From Candidatus Aenigmatarchaeota archaeon (GTDB lineage Archaea; Aenigmatarchaeota; Aenigmatarchaeia; QMZP01; QMZT01): DNA of 64,000 nt. Both the position numbers and the translations under genes were made by a program. Shown one piece after another: positions 1 through 9,075 of the stretch. The number at the start of each line of letters is the position of its first letter. The first letter of the stretch is position 1. Where the stretch lies: positions 1,338 through 65,337 of the forward strand of contig JBGPQP010000006.1 in the NCBI GenBank assembly GCA_041489155.1. The letters run 5' to 3'. Under the pieces are notes generated by a model. It was not told the origin of the DNA. It saw nothing but the letters and a program-made list of their open reading frames with translations, and searched no databases.

Positions 1-104
1 TCCTTCTGGCCGACTATAAGTTTGGATATCTCCTTCCTTATCTGATCGAGCCTTTCTCTGTGCTCATCTATAGTTCTCTCCTCTATCCCCTCAACCTCAG
101 CCAT
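1..104 (-). CDS. First 34 codons of a gene running off the left edge; MoxR-like AAA+ ATPase suspected
   Basis: ATG (rc) at 104-102, frame open to position 1. Reads MAEVEGIEERTIDEHRERLDQIRKEISKLIVGQKE; the I.K.IVGQ.E segment typically precedes the P-loop of MoxR ATPases. Too short to be sure. Confidence 0.3.
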   Translation of the reverse strand, partial: MAEVEGIEERTIDEHRERLDQIRKEISKLIVGQK

Positions 105-220
105 GATAAAATATTGTCGCAGCCAATATAAATTTTGAACGCGTGCATCAAGCCATGCTTAAGCTGCGTTTTCTTATTTAATTGTTTATCAACAATTATT
201 AGTTATAGAGGGTACGCTCT

Positions 221-3200
221 ATGAAGGGTAATGCGGGTTTATACGTAGCCGTGGTAATATTGGTCGCTTTAGCCCTTCTTATTTTGCGGCCCATCAGCCA
301 GATAACCGGCTTCTTCATAGCTACGACCAGCGGCACCACCAGCCTCGGTACATGGGACATCACAGACCCTCTTGCGGGAGCGTATTACGTTTACGCAGAC
401 GGCAGCCAGTTGGGAAGCGGGCCGGGAGCGACGACTCTCGCCGTCTTCTATGCCAACTATAGCAACATCACGACAGGAGAAGCGATCAACGGGTCGAACA
501 TCGAATGCAACATAACCTTCAACCTTTCAGGCAGCTGGACCTCGCCTGCGCGGATGTGGTTCAACGCCTCAGCTAAGCTTTACACTTACAACAGGACCTT
601 CGCTTCGAGGAGCAATTACTACTGGAACACCACGTGCTACGGCTCTGCGCAGGGTTATGACAACCTGAATGTCATCAACAACATAACCGTCACCAACACA
701 CCTGCAGGCATATATGTCCCTCTGCCTTCAACCAACTGCACTGAAGATGAAATCTGCAGATACAACTTCAGCCAGAGGTGCTATGACATAGACGACATCG
801 ATGAAAACAACCTGACATACGGCTACATAGCAGGCACTGAATTCGCCGGTTTCAGCATAAATACGATCAGCGGCAACGTGACCATCAACATAACGACGGA
901 TGCCGGCTGCGGCAGCTTCAAGGTTGCGCTCACGGTTCAGGATCCTATAGCCGAGGGCGGTAACGCCAACAAAAGCTTCGTGGTCAACGCCGTAAACGAC
1001 AGGCCGATCATGGGCAGCGTGCCCAACGCTTCGTACCAGAACGCCACGCTCACGTACGACATTAACGCGACCGACGAGGAAACACCTGGCAATCTTACTT
1101 TCAACTTCACCGTCCTATCCTGTTACCGGCCTTTCAACAACCAGCACTGGAGCGCTGGGAACTGTTCGGACATAATTATCATAAATCAGACGACAGGCAT
1201 AGTCAGCAGGGGCAGCGTCTTCCAGAATCACGAGGTGGGGAATTACACCGTTAATTTCACGGCCACCGACGCCGGAGACAACCTTACCGGAACTAACATC
1301 CCACCCTACAGCTTCCTTGCCAACCAGACTGACTCAAGAACGGTTAATCTCACGATAATCGACATAAACGACCGGCCTCTCATAAGCACTGTTCCTAATC
1401 AGTTATGGACGCAGAACCAGAGCGTTTCACTGGTCATATATGCAAGCGACATCGACAACGGCACGCTTGTGTTCAGCGCTGCCACGCTGTACAGAAACCT
1501 CTCTGCCTATTTTAACACCAGCCTTTTCCCCATATCGCTTAACGAGACTATTTACCTGGACAACGGGACCAGCCTCGGGAACGCGACCATGAATTTCACA
1601 CCCGTACTGAACGGCCAAGTCGGCAATTACACGGTCAACATTTCCGTCTACGACGGCAGGGCGAACGGGACGTATTCGTTGCTCGTTAATTTCACGGTAA
1701 CGAACATAAACGACCCGCCTAACATAAGCTTCAGCTGCGGTAATTATGCGGTAGAGGGCCTTGAATACGCGTGCAGCATAGGCCAGAACACGACCGACCC
1801 CGACAACTTCCCGTCCTATGTCCCATATACGGACAGCGTAAACTCCACGCTGGCTTACAGCCTCAACTTCACCTACTGCAACAAGACCTTCAACGCCAGC
1901 GACACCAACTGCTCGCTTTTCGCCATAAATTCCACCACCGGCCTGATAAATTACACCGGACCGCTCAGGAGCGATTCAGGCAACTACACCCTTAACATAT
2001 CCGTGACTGACGGCGGAGGCCTGACGACATCCATGCTTTTCAACCTTACCTTAGTCCCTGACTACATGCCCAACATAACTACCGGCGTTTCCAGCCAGAT
2101 AACGACGCAGGGCCAGGCGTTCCTACTGGAGATAAATGCCACAGACCTGGACAACGCAACAGACACGCTGACCTTCAGGACGCAGACTTACTACACCAAC
2201 GGCACGCTTATCAGCCCGACCAAATTTAACATCACCACTAACCTCACTTCGTGGCCGCCTGGACCTGCGACAGGAGTTATGAACTACACGAACGTAAGCA
2301 ACTCCATGGTCGGCAACTACACCACCCGCGTTATCGTTAACGACACGTGGGGCAGGGAAGATTACGTTACCTTCAACCTGAGCGTTTACAATGTTAACGA
2401 CCCGCCGGTTTTGAATTTCTCATGCCTCAACTACACATACGAAGCCACGTATTATGCAGCCAGCCGCTATGAATGCTACGCAGGGCAAAACACGAGCGAC
2501 CCGGACCAGCAAACGCCTTATGGAGATAACCTGACGTACAGCATGACCTTCATCACCGGCCCGCAGCTTTTCTCCATAAACTCTACGATCGGCATCATAA
2601 ATTTCAGCGCCGCGAACGATTCGTGGGCCAACAATACGCTGAACTTTACGTACGTTGTGAACATAACCGTAAACGATTCAGGCGGGCTCACGAACTCGCA
2701 GACACTGAACATAACCGTTTTCGCGGTCAACGACCCGCCTGTCATGAACATGAGCAACACCAGCATAACCGCAAATTCGACGTTTTTCGAAAACCTGAGC
2801 GCTGGCATCACCGACGAGGAGAACAACGCTCCTTTCATTTTCAACGTGACCTTTGTGAACTGCTCGAAGACTAACACGAGCGATACGAACTGCTCGCTTT
2901 TCACAATAAACCAGACGACAGGCGTCATAAGCTTCTACGCCCTTGAAAAAGACATGGGCAATTACACCCTGAACGTGACCGCAAGGGACAGCGGCAACAC
3001 GACGCAGCCGTACAACGCAACTGGCTCCAGACTTGTCACTTTCAGACTCCTGCCGCTGAATCACGCACCCGTTGCTGACATAATGCTTCTTTTCGACCAG
3101 AACTGGAATTGGATACCAAGCTCGATCTTCAGCGAAAACCAGACTGTTATTTTTTCGTTTGACGCATCAGATGCTGACAGCGACACGCTTTATTGCACGT

Positions 3201-4453
3201 GGTTCAGGAACACAACTCAGATAGGCAGCGTCAGCGGCTGCCAGGATGACAGCACATGGTATTACACACCTATCTTCAATGAATCCGGATCGTGGACCAT
3301 AAGGCTCGAGGTTTCTGACTCGTATGCCACCTCTTACGACGAGATGACCGTAACCATACTCAACACCAACAGGCCGCCCGAGCAGATATACCCGATACAG
3401 AACCAGACATGGAACATGAACACGGTCGACAGAAACATAATCCTTTCCTACAACTTCCGCGACCTGGATAATGAAAACAGCGTTACTAACGACGACAACA
3501 ACCTGACGATAAATTACATCGGGTCGCAGCATGTTACAGTTCTTATAGACAACCAGGTGCCTCCTGTGACGATATCGTCTTCTGTCTGGACAGGGAAAGC
3601 CATCGTTACTCTAACGCCGCAGAGTGACTGGTACGGCATCGACACCATAGTCTTCAACGTAAGTGATTCCCAGTATGCCGTGAGCAGCAACAACATAACG
3701 CTCAACGTCAGCTACACGGAAACCCAGACGCAGACGATCGTCCAGCAGACCGGCGGAGGTGGTGGAGGTGGCGGTGCGATGGGAACGAAAATCGCCTCTC
3801 TTACGATTACCGTTTCCCCGATGAAGAGGGTAACCTCGTATAACGCGACGCTTGCAAACGTGACTTTCAGGAACTCGGGCGAAGTCCCGCTTAATGGCAT
3901 TTATCTTGAAGCGTATGTGAAGGAAAGCGACGAGATTTCAGCCAGCCTTGACAGAAGCTACATAAGCCAGCTTGGTCTGGAGAACAGCGTCAATGCCACG
4001 CTCAAACTGACCACATACGAGCTGAAGAAGGACGAATACGAAATAAAGCTTACGGGCCGCGTGACCGATCCGAAATTCAACCAGTCGAGCACAATATACA
4101 TAAGGCCCGTCTTCAACGAGACGAAACTCGAGGAGAGGATACAGCTTGCCAGAGACCTCTTCGAGGACAATCCCGAATGCCTCGACCTCATGGAGCTGAT
4201 ACTGCAGGCAGAGAAGGAGCTCGGCAAGGCCAACCTCGAGACGGCGAAGGACCTGACGGAGACTGCGCTTGAAAACTGTCGAGACATAATAAAATACGCC
4301 AACACGACTGCAAGGAAGGTCACGCCGGAAGGCGAGAAATTGCCGCTGAACGAAATACTGATAGTTATGCTTACGATCTCACTTTTCACTATACTTGCTT
4401 ATCTCTGGCTCGAGAGGAGAGCCGAGACTAATAAGGGCAAGGCGAAAGCATGA
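221..4453 (+). CDS. Giant secreted, C-terminally membrane-anchored surface protein with about 7 cadherin-like repeats and extreme N-glycosylation sequon density
   Basis: 1410-aa ORF with ATG at 221. N-terminal hydrophobic segment. Recurring domain-boundary motifs VNDRP, INDRP, INDPP, VNDPP (x2), LNHAP and TNRPP resemble cadherin DxNDxP linkers. A Gly8 linker is followed by a beta-rich segment, a helical segment and a C-terminal TM (ILIVMLTISLFTILAYLWL) with a basic tail. NxS/T occurs roughly every 10 residues. Confidence 0.85.
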   Translation: MKGNAGLYVAVVILVALALLILRPISQITGFFIATTSGTTSLGTWDITDPLAGAYYVYADGSQLGSGPGATTLAVFYANYSNITTGEAINGSNIECNITFNLSGSWTSPARMWFNASAKLYTYNRTFASRSNYYWNTTCYGSAQGYDNLNVINNITVTNTPAGIYVPLPSTNCTEDEICRYNFSQRCYDIDDIDENNLTYGYIAGTEFAGFSINTISGNVTINITTDAGCGSFKVALTVQDPIAEGGNANKSFVVNAVNDRPIMGSVPNASYQNATLTYDINATDEETPGNLTFNFTVLSCYRPFNNQHWSAGNCSDIIIINQTTGIVSRGSVFQNHEVGNYTVNFTATDAGDNLTGTNIPPYSFLANQTDSRTVNLTIIDINDRPLISTVPNQLWTQNQSVSLVIYASDIDNGTLVFSAATLYRNLSAYFNTSLFPISLNETIYLDNGTSLGNATMNFTPVLNGQVGNYTVNISVYDGRANGTYSLLVNFTVTNINDPPNISFSCGNYAVEGLEYACSIGQNTTDPDNFPSYVPYTDSVNSTLAYSLNFTYCNKTFNASDTNCSLFAINSTTGLINYTGPLRSDSGNYTLNISVTDGGGLTTSMLFNLTLVPDYMPNITTGVSSQITTQGQAFLLEINATDLDNATDTLTFRTQTYYTNGTLISPTKFNITTNLTSWPPGPATGVMNYTNVSNSMVGNYTTRVIVNDTWGREDYVTFNLSVYNVNDPPVLNFSCLNYTYEATYYAASRYECYAGQNTSDPDQQTPYGDNLTYSMTFITGPQLFSINSTIGIINFSAANDSWANNTLNFTYVVNITVNDSGGLTNSQTLNITVFAVNDPPVMNMSNTSITANSTFFENLSAGITDEENNAPFIFNVTFVNCSKTNTSDTNCSLFTINQTTGVISFYALEKDMGNYTLNVTARDSGNTTQPYNATGSRLVTFRLLPLNHAPVADIMLLFDQNWNWIPSSIFSENQTVIFSFDASDADSDTLYCTWFRNTTQIGSVSGCQDDSTWYYTPIFNESGSWTIRLEVSDSYATSYDEMTVTILNTNRPPEQIYPIQNQTWNMNTVDRNIILSYNFRDLDNENSVTNDDNNLTINYIGSQHVTVLIDNQVPPVTISSSVWTGKAIVTLTPQSDWYGIDTIVFNVSDSQYAVSSNNITLNVSYTETQTQTIVQQTGGGGGGGGAMGTKIASLTITVSPMKRVTSYNATLANVTFRNSGEVPLNGIYLEAYVKESDEISASLDRSYISQLGLENSVNATLKLTTYELKKDEYEIKLTGRVTDPKFNQSSTIYIRPVFNETKLEERIQLARDLFEDNPECLDLMELILQAEKELGKANLETAKDLTETALENCRDIIKYANTTARKVTPEGEKLPLNEILIVMLTISLFTILAYLWLERRAETNKGKAKA

Positions 4454-4602
4454 TAGGCGTATGTTCAGTGTGCAAGAAGGAGACCAGAGCGCCTCATGCG
4501 TGCCTTTCATGCGGAGCCACGCTCTGCGCTGAGCACTACGATTTCTCTTCCGGATTCTGCCCAAGCTGCAAAATCAGGCTCAGGAAAATTGAACGCGGGT
4601 AA
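4450..4602 (+). CDS. 50-aa zinc-finger protein (HIT-like / cross-brace Cys-His spacing)
   Basis: ATG 4450 overlaps the upstream stop (ATGA). Sequence MIGVCSVCKKETRAPHACLSCGATLCAEHYDFSSGFCPSCKIRLRKIERG has the spacing CxxC-x9-CxxC-x4-CxxH-x7-CxxC. Below the ORF-track size cutoff. Confidence 0.55.
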   Translation: MIGVCSVCKKETRAPHACLSCGATLCAEHYDFSSGFCPSCKIRLRKIERG

Positions 4603-4648
4603 CCGCTTGTCTCAAACTTAAAAATAACACCACTGAATATAATATCAC

Positions 4649-4796
4649 GCTGGGATGGCGGAATGGTAACGCGCTAGCCTGGAATAAGCCTTTTGACCAA
4701 AAGGCTTAAGCGAAAACCAGCAGCTCACGCTTGCATTTGGTTTGCCAGACAGCTAGTCTCCTTACGGGGTCCTGGGTTCGAATCCCAGTCCCAGCG
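4649..4796 (+). tRNA. tRNA-Ser (GGA) with a 66-nt canonical 37/38 intron (4685-4750)
   Basis: Acceptor GCUGGGA/UCCCAGC, D arm with GG, anticodon stem CUAGC/GCUAG, loop CUGGAA|A, long variable arm CUCC-UUAC-GGGG, T arm CUGGG-UUCGAAU-CCCAG, discriminator G. The intron forms a strict BHB: CUGG:CCAG central helix, bulges AA|U and AC|A, distal helix AAGCC:GGUUU. No encoded CCA. Confidence 0.9.
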
Positions 4797-4830
4797 TTTC
4801 AAGACCAGAAGCATAAAATTACGGATAATT

Positions 4831-5520
4831 ATGAAAACAATTAACGCAGAAAAAATCCCGCTGCCAGAACCTTTCCATTCCCTGACAGGCGGCGTAGAGA
4901 GAGGAACGATTACGAATTTCTACGGCCCGCCGGGCGTGGGAAAAACGAATATCTGCATCCTCGCCGCACTGGAATGCATAAAGAAGGGCGGCAAGGTCAT
5001 TTACATCGACAGCGAGGGCGGGCTGTCGCCGGAACGCATAATGCAGATAAGCGGCGACCAGAGCGTCCTAGAGCGCATAATCCTGATCGAGCCCAAAACC
5101 TTTGAGGAGCAGGGCGTGGCTATAAAGAACCTGGAGGGCAGCGAGTTCGACATGCTGGTCCTCGACTCCGCCGTCGCTTTGTACAGGCTGAAATGCGCCG
5201 ATCCCGGCAGCGAGACGCTCGAGGCGAACAAGGATCTGTCCGTGCAGCTTTCCGTCCTCTCCAACATCGCCAGGAAAAGGAACATTCCCGTCATCATCAC
5301 AGCGCACGTCTTCAAGAACTGGGACACGGGCGAGAACCAGATGATAGGCGGCGACGCCATCAGATACTGGTCCAAATCAATCATCTTCGTCGAGCACACT
5401 GGCAGGATGAGCGAGCGCAAGGCAACAATCGTAAAACACCGCTCGATTCCGGAGGGCAAATTCGTTAAATTCGAGCTCGTTCAGAACGGCATACGCCCGT
5501 CGGGCTTCAGGATATTCTGA
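4831..5520 (+). CDS. radB: RadB (RadA/Rad51 paralog, single RecA-like domain)
   Basis: 229 aa from ATG 4831; the track start at 4693 is a TTG inside the tRNA. Walker A GPPGVGKT, Walker B MLVLDS, RadB-like size and tail. Confidence 0.85.
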   Translation: MKTINAEKIPLPEPFHSLTGGVERGTITNFYGPPGVGKTNICILAALECIKKGGKVIYIDSEGGLSPERIMQISGDQSVLERIILIEPKTFEEQGVAIKNLEGSEFDMLVLDSAVALYRLKCADPGSETLEANKDLSVQLSVLSNIARKRNIPVIITAHVFKNWDTGENQMIGGDAIRYWSKSIIFVEHTGRMSERKATIVKHRSIPEGKFVKFELVQNGIRPSGFRIF

Positions 5521-5586
5521 TTATAATGTAAAGAAAATAAACCACCGAAAAGTCGTTAATTTAAAGCTTGTTTTTAACACTAAAAC

Positions 5587-6375
5587 ATGAGCAAAGGCCT
5601 CATCACCGTAAGCACGGACTGGCACGTGATAAGGGAAGGCGACAGGGCCCAGAACTCCACGGACCCGAGGCTGCTGAGGGAGTATCTGAAATGGGGCTAT
5701 CTGGATACGGACAAGGTAATACTCGGGGGAGACATATTTGACCTTGGCAAATCCACCATTGATAAAATAATGTACGGTGACGGCGCATATGTCGATCTGA
5801 TAAAACTTATTCAAAACTATATGAAATACAAAAAGCTGGAATACATCGCCGGCAACCATGACTGGGAAATGACCAAAGAATGGAAACTGAATGACAGGTT
5901 GTATATCCCTGAACAGAAGGTTATGGTGATGCACGGCCATCAGCTTGATGCCAACCCGGGCTTTTCAGGCAAATGCATAGAAAGGACTCTGCTTAAAGTT
6001 CTGGCCTTTCTGGAAAGAACTGTGTGGGAAGACATAGACCAGATTCCTTCTTTCATGGAGAAAAATTTTCACATCGACGCCGAGAGCAGGGAGAAATTTT
6101 TCACCAACTGTCAAAACTACATGAACGCAAGAGGCAGAACAATTCCGAGAAAGAAACATCCGGTCGATACCCTTTTCGTGGGACACATACACGGAAACCC
6201 TGAAACAAGGGCTCTGGAAGATGGCAGAAAAATAGTCAATTGTGGCTGCAACGTCAAAGTTTGCCTGACCAACAAGAAACCTGAAGATGAGCCTGGCAGT
6301 TACAGGTCCGATTATGTGGTACTTGACACCAGAACAGGAGAAATAACCGCGAAGGACATGAGGGACGGTTTTTAA
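5587..6375 (+). CDS. Calcineurin-like metallophosphoesterase
   Basis: Motifs GGDIFDLG, GNHD, HGH and GHIH in canonical order. Confidence 0.75.
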   Translation: MSKGLITVSTDWHVIREGDRAQNSTDPRLLREYLKWGYLDTDKVILGGDIFDLGKSTIDKIMYGDGAYVDLIKLIQNYMKYKKLEYIAGNHDWEMTKEWKLNDRLYIPEQKVMVMHGHQLDANPGFSGKCIERTLLKVLAFLERTVWEDIDQIPSFMEKNFHIDAESREKFFTNCQNYMNARGRTIPRKKHPVDTLFVGHIHGNPETRALEDGRKIVNCGCNVKVCLTNKKPEDEPGSYRSDYVVLDTRTGEITAKDMRDGF

Positions 6376-8526
6376 TTATTTTTCCTTAATGTGGGAAGGT
6401 TTCGATGCCGCCTGCTGAGCCTTTTCTTTTCCCGCTGGGGCTTTCTCTTCCTTTGTCGCAGCTGTCTTTGCACCTTCTTTTGTCGCGTCACCCTTCCTGT
6501 TCACGAAGCCGCATTTGACGCAGAGCTTCCATGGACGGCGCTTGAACTGCTTCACCTGGATGATGTTGAGGCCGCAAGTGGGGCATTTCTCGTCCGTCGC
6601 GGATACGTAGCCTTTCTGCGGCAGCGGGAAGCTCTGCCTGCACTTCGGGTAATTGGAGCAGCCGACGAAATGCTTCTTGGTAATGTGCGAGCGGATTATG
6701 CGCAGCTCGCCCTTGCATGCGGGGCATACGCCGACAAAATGAGCCATCTCCTGGAATTCCTTCACGCCTTCCTTGAGTTCGGAGCCTATGTGCATCTCGT
6801 GCTCCTTGAACTTCTGGAGCGTTTTCTCCAGCTCTTTCCTCGCGTTCCCGACGATTTCATCCCTCTTCCTTTTACCCTCCTGGATGAGCTCGATCTCATG
6901 GTCAAAAGTCTTGGTCAGCTCTTCGGAGATTATCTCAGGGCAGTGCTTCTCGAGCGCTTCGATTACCGCAGAGCCAAGCGCAGTCACCCTTATCGACTTG
7001 TCCTTTATGTATTCCCTGTCGTAAAGCGTCTGGAGTATTTGCGCGCGCGTCGCTTTCGTGCCCAGGTTCTTGTCCTCCATGGTCTTGAGGATCGAGGCCT
7101 GAGAGTAGCGGTCGGGCGGCGTTGTCTCCTTCTCGTTGAGCTTTACATCAGGCTTGTCGACGTTCTGGCCTTGCGTCATCTCGGGCAGAAGCTGCTCCTT
7201 GAACTTCGCGTACCTGCCGTAGAATTCCATCCACTCGGGTTTTATGGTTGTTGCGCCGAAGGCCTTGAATTTCTCGCCATTGACGTCTATCGCCACGGTC
7301 ACCCTTTCGCGTAGCGCGGGATCGGCGAACGTCGAGAGGAATCTCCTGACTATGATGTCGTAGATGTTCTGCTGGTACTTGCCGAGCTTCGCAGGCTTAA
7401 GGCCGGTCGGGAAAACGCTTGGGTGGGCAGGGTCGTCCTTGTCTCCCTCGATCGGGATGAACTTGCCCTTCTTGATCAGCCTGCCGCAGAGCGCGGCGTA
7501 TTCGCCCTGCTCCGCCAGCTTTTCAATTATTGCCCTGAGGCCCAGCTTCTGGGGCAGCTTCTGGCTAGACGTCCTCGGATAGGAAATAAGCGCATGCTCG
7601 TAGAGATTCTGGGCTATGTCCAGCGTCATCTTCGGGGAATAGCCGAAGTTGTTGAACGCCTCGCGCTGCAGCGTGGTGAGGTCGAAAGGCGTCGGCGGGA
7701 GCTGCTTTACAATCTTCTTTTCGATCTCGTGAACGGCTGCTTTCTTGCCGGTGCATCTCTTTAGGATGGTCTCGGCCTGCCCCTTTTCCCAGAATTTATC
7801 GGCTTCATGGAGCGCGGTTATCTTCTTGCCGTTCACCAGGCCATGGAGCTCGAGCGTCCAGAACAGCTCTGGCACGAATCTCTCGATTTCCCGTTCGCGA
7901 TCCTCCAGGATCTTCAGCGTCGGGCCCTGAACTCTTCCGATGGACAATGTCCAGTAGCCATTCGCCTTTTCCAGCGCCAGCGTAAGGGCGCGGGAAAGGT
8001 TGATGCCCCACAGGAAATCAAGCATGTGCCTTGTCAGGCCTGCCTCTATCTGGGGGAAATCGAGATGAGGCGTTGCGTTGGCATAAGATTCAAGTATGTC
8101 CTTGTCCGTAAGCGTGGAGAATTTCATGCGCCTGCCGTCTTTCGCGTTGCATATGAAGCGAATGATGTTGTAGGCGATGGTCGAGCCTTCGATGTCGTAG
8201 TCGCATGCAGAAACGAAATCAGTCGCGCCCTTCGCGAGTTTGGCTATGTTCGCGTAGTATTTCTGGGCCCATAAATTGTCCTTGTCGTCGAATGTCGGCC
8301 GCCATTCGACGTCGAAGACGGGATACGTCCATTTCGCCTTCTTTCCTTTCTCGTCCAGAACGAAAAGATGTCCGACAGCAGGGACGACAACTATGTCCTT
8401 GCCGCCATGCCTCAGCCTGAAGTATATCACGCTCTTGCCACTCTTTTCTACCTTGCCTTCGGCAAGCGCGTAAGCAATTCTTTCCGCTGCGCTGGGCTTT
8501 TCCGCTATGACGAGCGTATAGGACAT
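6376..8526 (-). CDS. topA: Type IA DNA topoisomerase with C-terminal zinc ribbons and a Lys-rich tail
   Basis: N-terminal TOPRIM (LVIAEKPS...DYDIEGS), central topo IA core, and CPACKG...CSNYPKC...CPTCG...CVKCG zinc ribbons. Confidence 0.9.
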   Translation of the reverse strand: MSYTLVIAEKPSAAERIAYALAEGKVEKSGKSVIYFRLRHGGKDIVVVPAVGHLFVLDEKGKKAKWTYPVFDVEWRPTFDDKDNLWAQKYYANIAKLAKGATDFVSACDYDIEGSTIAYNIIRFICNAKDGRRMKFSTLTDKDILESYANATPHLDFPQIEAGLTRHMLDFLWGINLSRALTLALEKANGYWTLSIGRVQGPTLKILEDREREIERFVPELFWTLELHGLVNGKKITALHEADKFWEKGQAETILKRCTGKKAAVHEIEKKIVKQLPPTPFDLTTLQREAFNNFGYSPKMTLDIAQNLYEHALISYPRTSSQKLPQKLGLRAIIEKLAEQGEYAALCGRLIKKGKFIPIEGDKDDPAHPSVFPTGLKPAKLGKYQQNIYDIIVRRFLSTFADPALRERVTVAIDVNGEKFKAFGATTIKPEWMEFYGRYAKFKEQLLPEMTQGQNVDKPDVKLNEKETTPPDRYSQASILKTMEDKNLGTKATRAQILQTLYDREYIKDKSIRVTALGSAVIEALEKHCPEIISEELTKTFDHEIELIQEGKRKRDEIVGNARKELEKTLQKFKEHEMHIGSELKEGVKEFQEMAHFVGVCPACKGELRIIRSHITKKHFVGCSNYPKCRQSFPLPQKGYVSATDEKCPTCGLNIIQVKQFKRRPWKLCVKCGFVNRKGDATKEGAKTAATKEEKAPAGKEKAQQAASKPSHIKEK

Positions 8527-8596
8527 AATACTATTAAAACCAGCTCATGTTTAAAAGTTTTCGCTGCTTTTTCACTGCTCAGGGCCTAAAATCACG

Positions 8597-8851
8597 TTAA
8601 ATCTTGAAGACAAGGTCCCCTTCTCTTACCCTGTCGTTCACCTTCATGCCGACCGCTTCGCCCTTCTTGGCCTCACTCACGTTCTTGTGCTCGACCTGCA
8701 TCGACTCTATCCTCTGCTGCACGTTCGTCGACGTCCCTTCGATCGAGATCTCGTCGCCGACCTTTATGGTGTGCTCGACGTCAATGACGGCGACGCCTAT
8801 CTTCGTGAAGTAATGCCTTACCTTGCCTACGAGCTTCTTTTCCCCTTCCAT
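8597..8851 (-). CDS. Small stand-alone beta-barrel protein resembling EF-Tu domain 2
   Basis: 84 aa. GKVRHYFTKIGVAVIDVEH.IKVGDEI.I.G......I.SMQ.......A..G..VG..V.....GD.V pattern, typical of translation-factor domain II. Confidence 0.6.
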   Translation of the reverse strand: MEGEKKLVGKVRHYFTKIGVAVIDVEHTIKVGDEISIEGTSTNVQQRIESMQVEHKNVSEAKKGEAVGMKVNDRVREGDLVFKI

Positions 8852-8890
8852 GCTTTATTCCTTGGAAAAGGGGCTTAAAAATAAATATGA

Positions 8891-9049
8891 TGCGGGAGCA
8901 GGGATTCGAACCCTGGAACACATGCCTCGCGCTTCGCTAAGCGAATGCTTCGCAAAGGCGCCCTAAGTGAGCAGGTCTTGAGCATCGACATCATCTTGAA
9001 TCAGAGTTCAAGACCATTCTACCGCCTTTGACCACTTGGCTACCCCCGC
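8891..9049 (-). tRNA. Class II tRNA, probably tRNA-Leu (CAA), 159 nt with two insertions (about 8983-9017 in the anticodon arm, about 8922-8962 in the variable arm)
   Basis: Acceptor GCGGGGG/CUCCCGC, discriminator A, Leu-type D arm GCC-AAGUGGUCAAA-GGC, intact T arm CAGGG-UUCGAAU-CCCUG, loop CUCAAGA followed by CCUGC, variable arm U-CAC-UUAG...GUG-UUC. Exact splice sites were not resolved; no strict BHB was found by hand. Confidence 0.6.
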
Positions 9050-9075
9050 ATTATAGAAATTGCAGAAACAGCTTA

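Noticed and set aside
3752-3775. Gly8 tract as a slippage or phase-variation site
   Set aside because: It is encoded by mixed GGC/GGA/GGT codons, not a homopolymer or perfect short tandem repeat. It is more likely a flexible hinge.
4693-4830. N-terminal 46 codons of the track ORF 4693-5520
   Set aside because: It starts at a TTG inside the tRNA-Ser intron and reads through exon 2. RadB homology begins at ATG 4831.
6391-7314. Long antisense ORFs opposite well-supported genes. These are 6391-7314, 18317-19042, 27526-28305, 28905-29603, 31975-32793, 33698-34615, 37961-38641, 42549-43292, 43175-44086, 46521-47294 and 62251-63309.
   Set aside because: Each mirrors a gene with clear family motifs. 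Their translations are Arg/Leu/His-rich low-complexity sequence without motifs. Such shadow ORFs are expected from codon-biased coding strands.
8983-9017. C/D-box sRNA inside the tRNA-Leu insertion (CUGA ... UGAUGU)
   Set aside because: Only one D'-like/C'-like pair is present, with an imperfect C box, and there are no terminal C and D boxes or a kink-turn stem.
8953-9030. 8-bp complementarity between the tRNA-Leu D arm (CAAAGGCG) and insertion 2 (CGCCUUUG) as evidence of a giant intron
   Set aside because: Treating it as a splice helix would remove the anticodon arm. A single 8-bp match within 159 nt can arise by chance.
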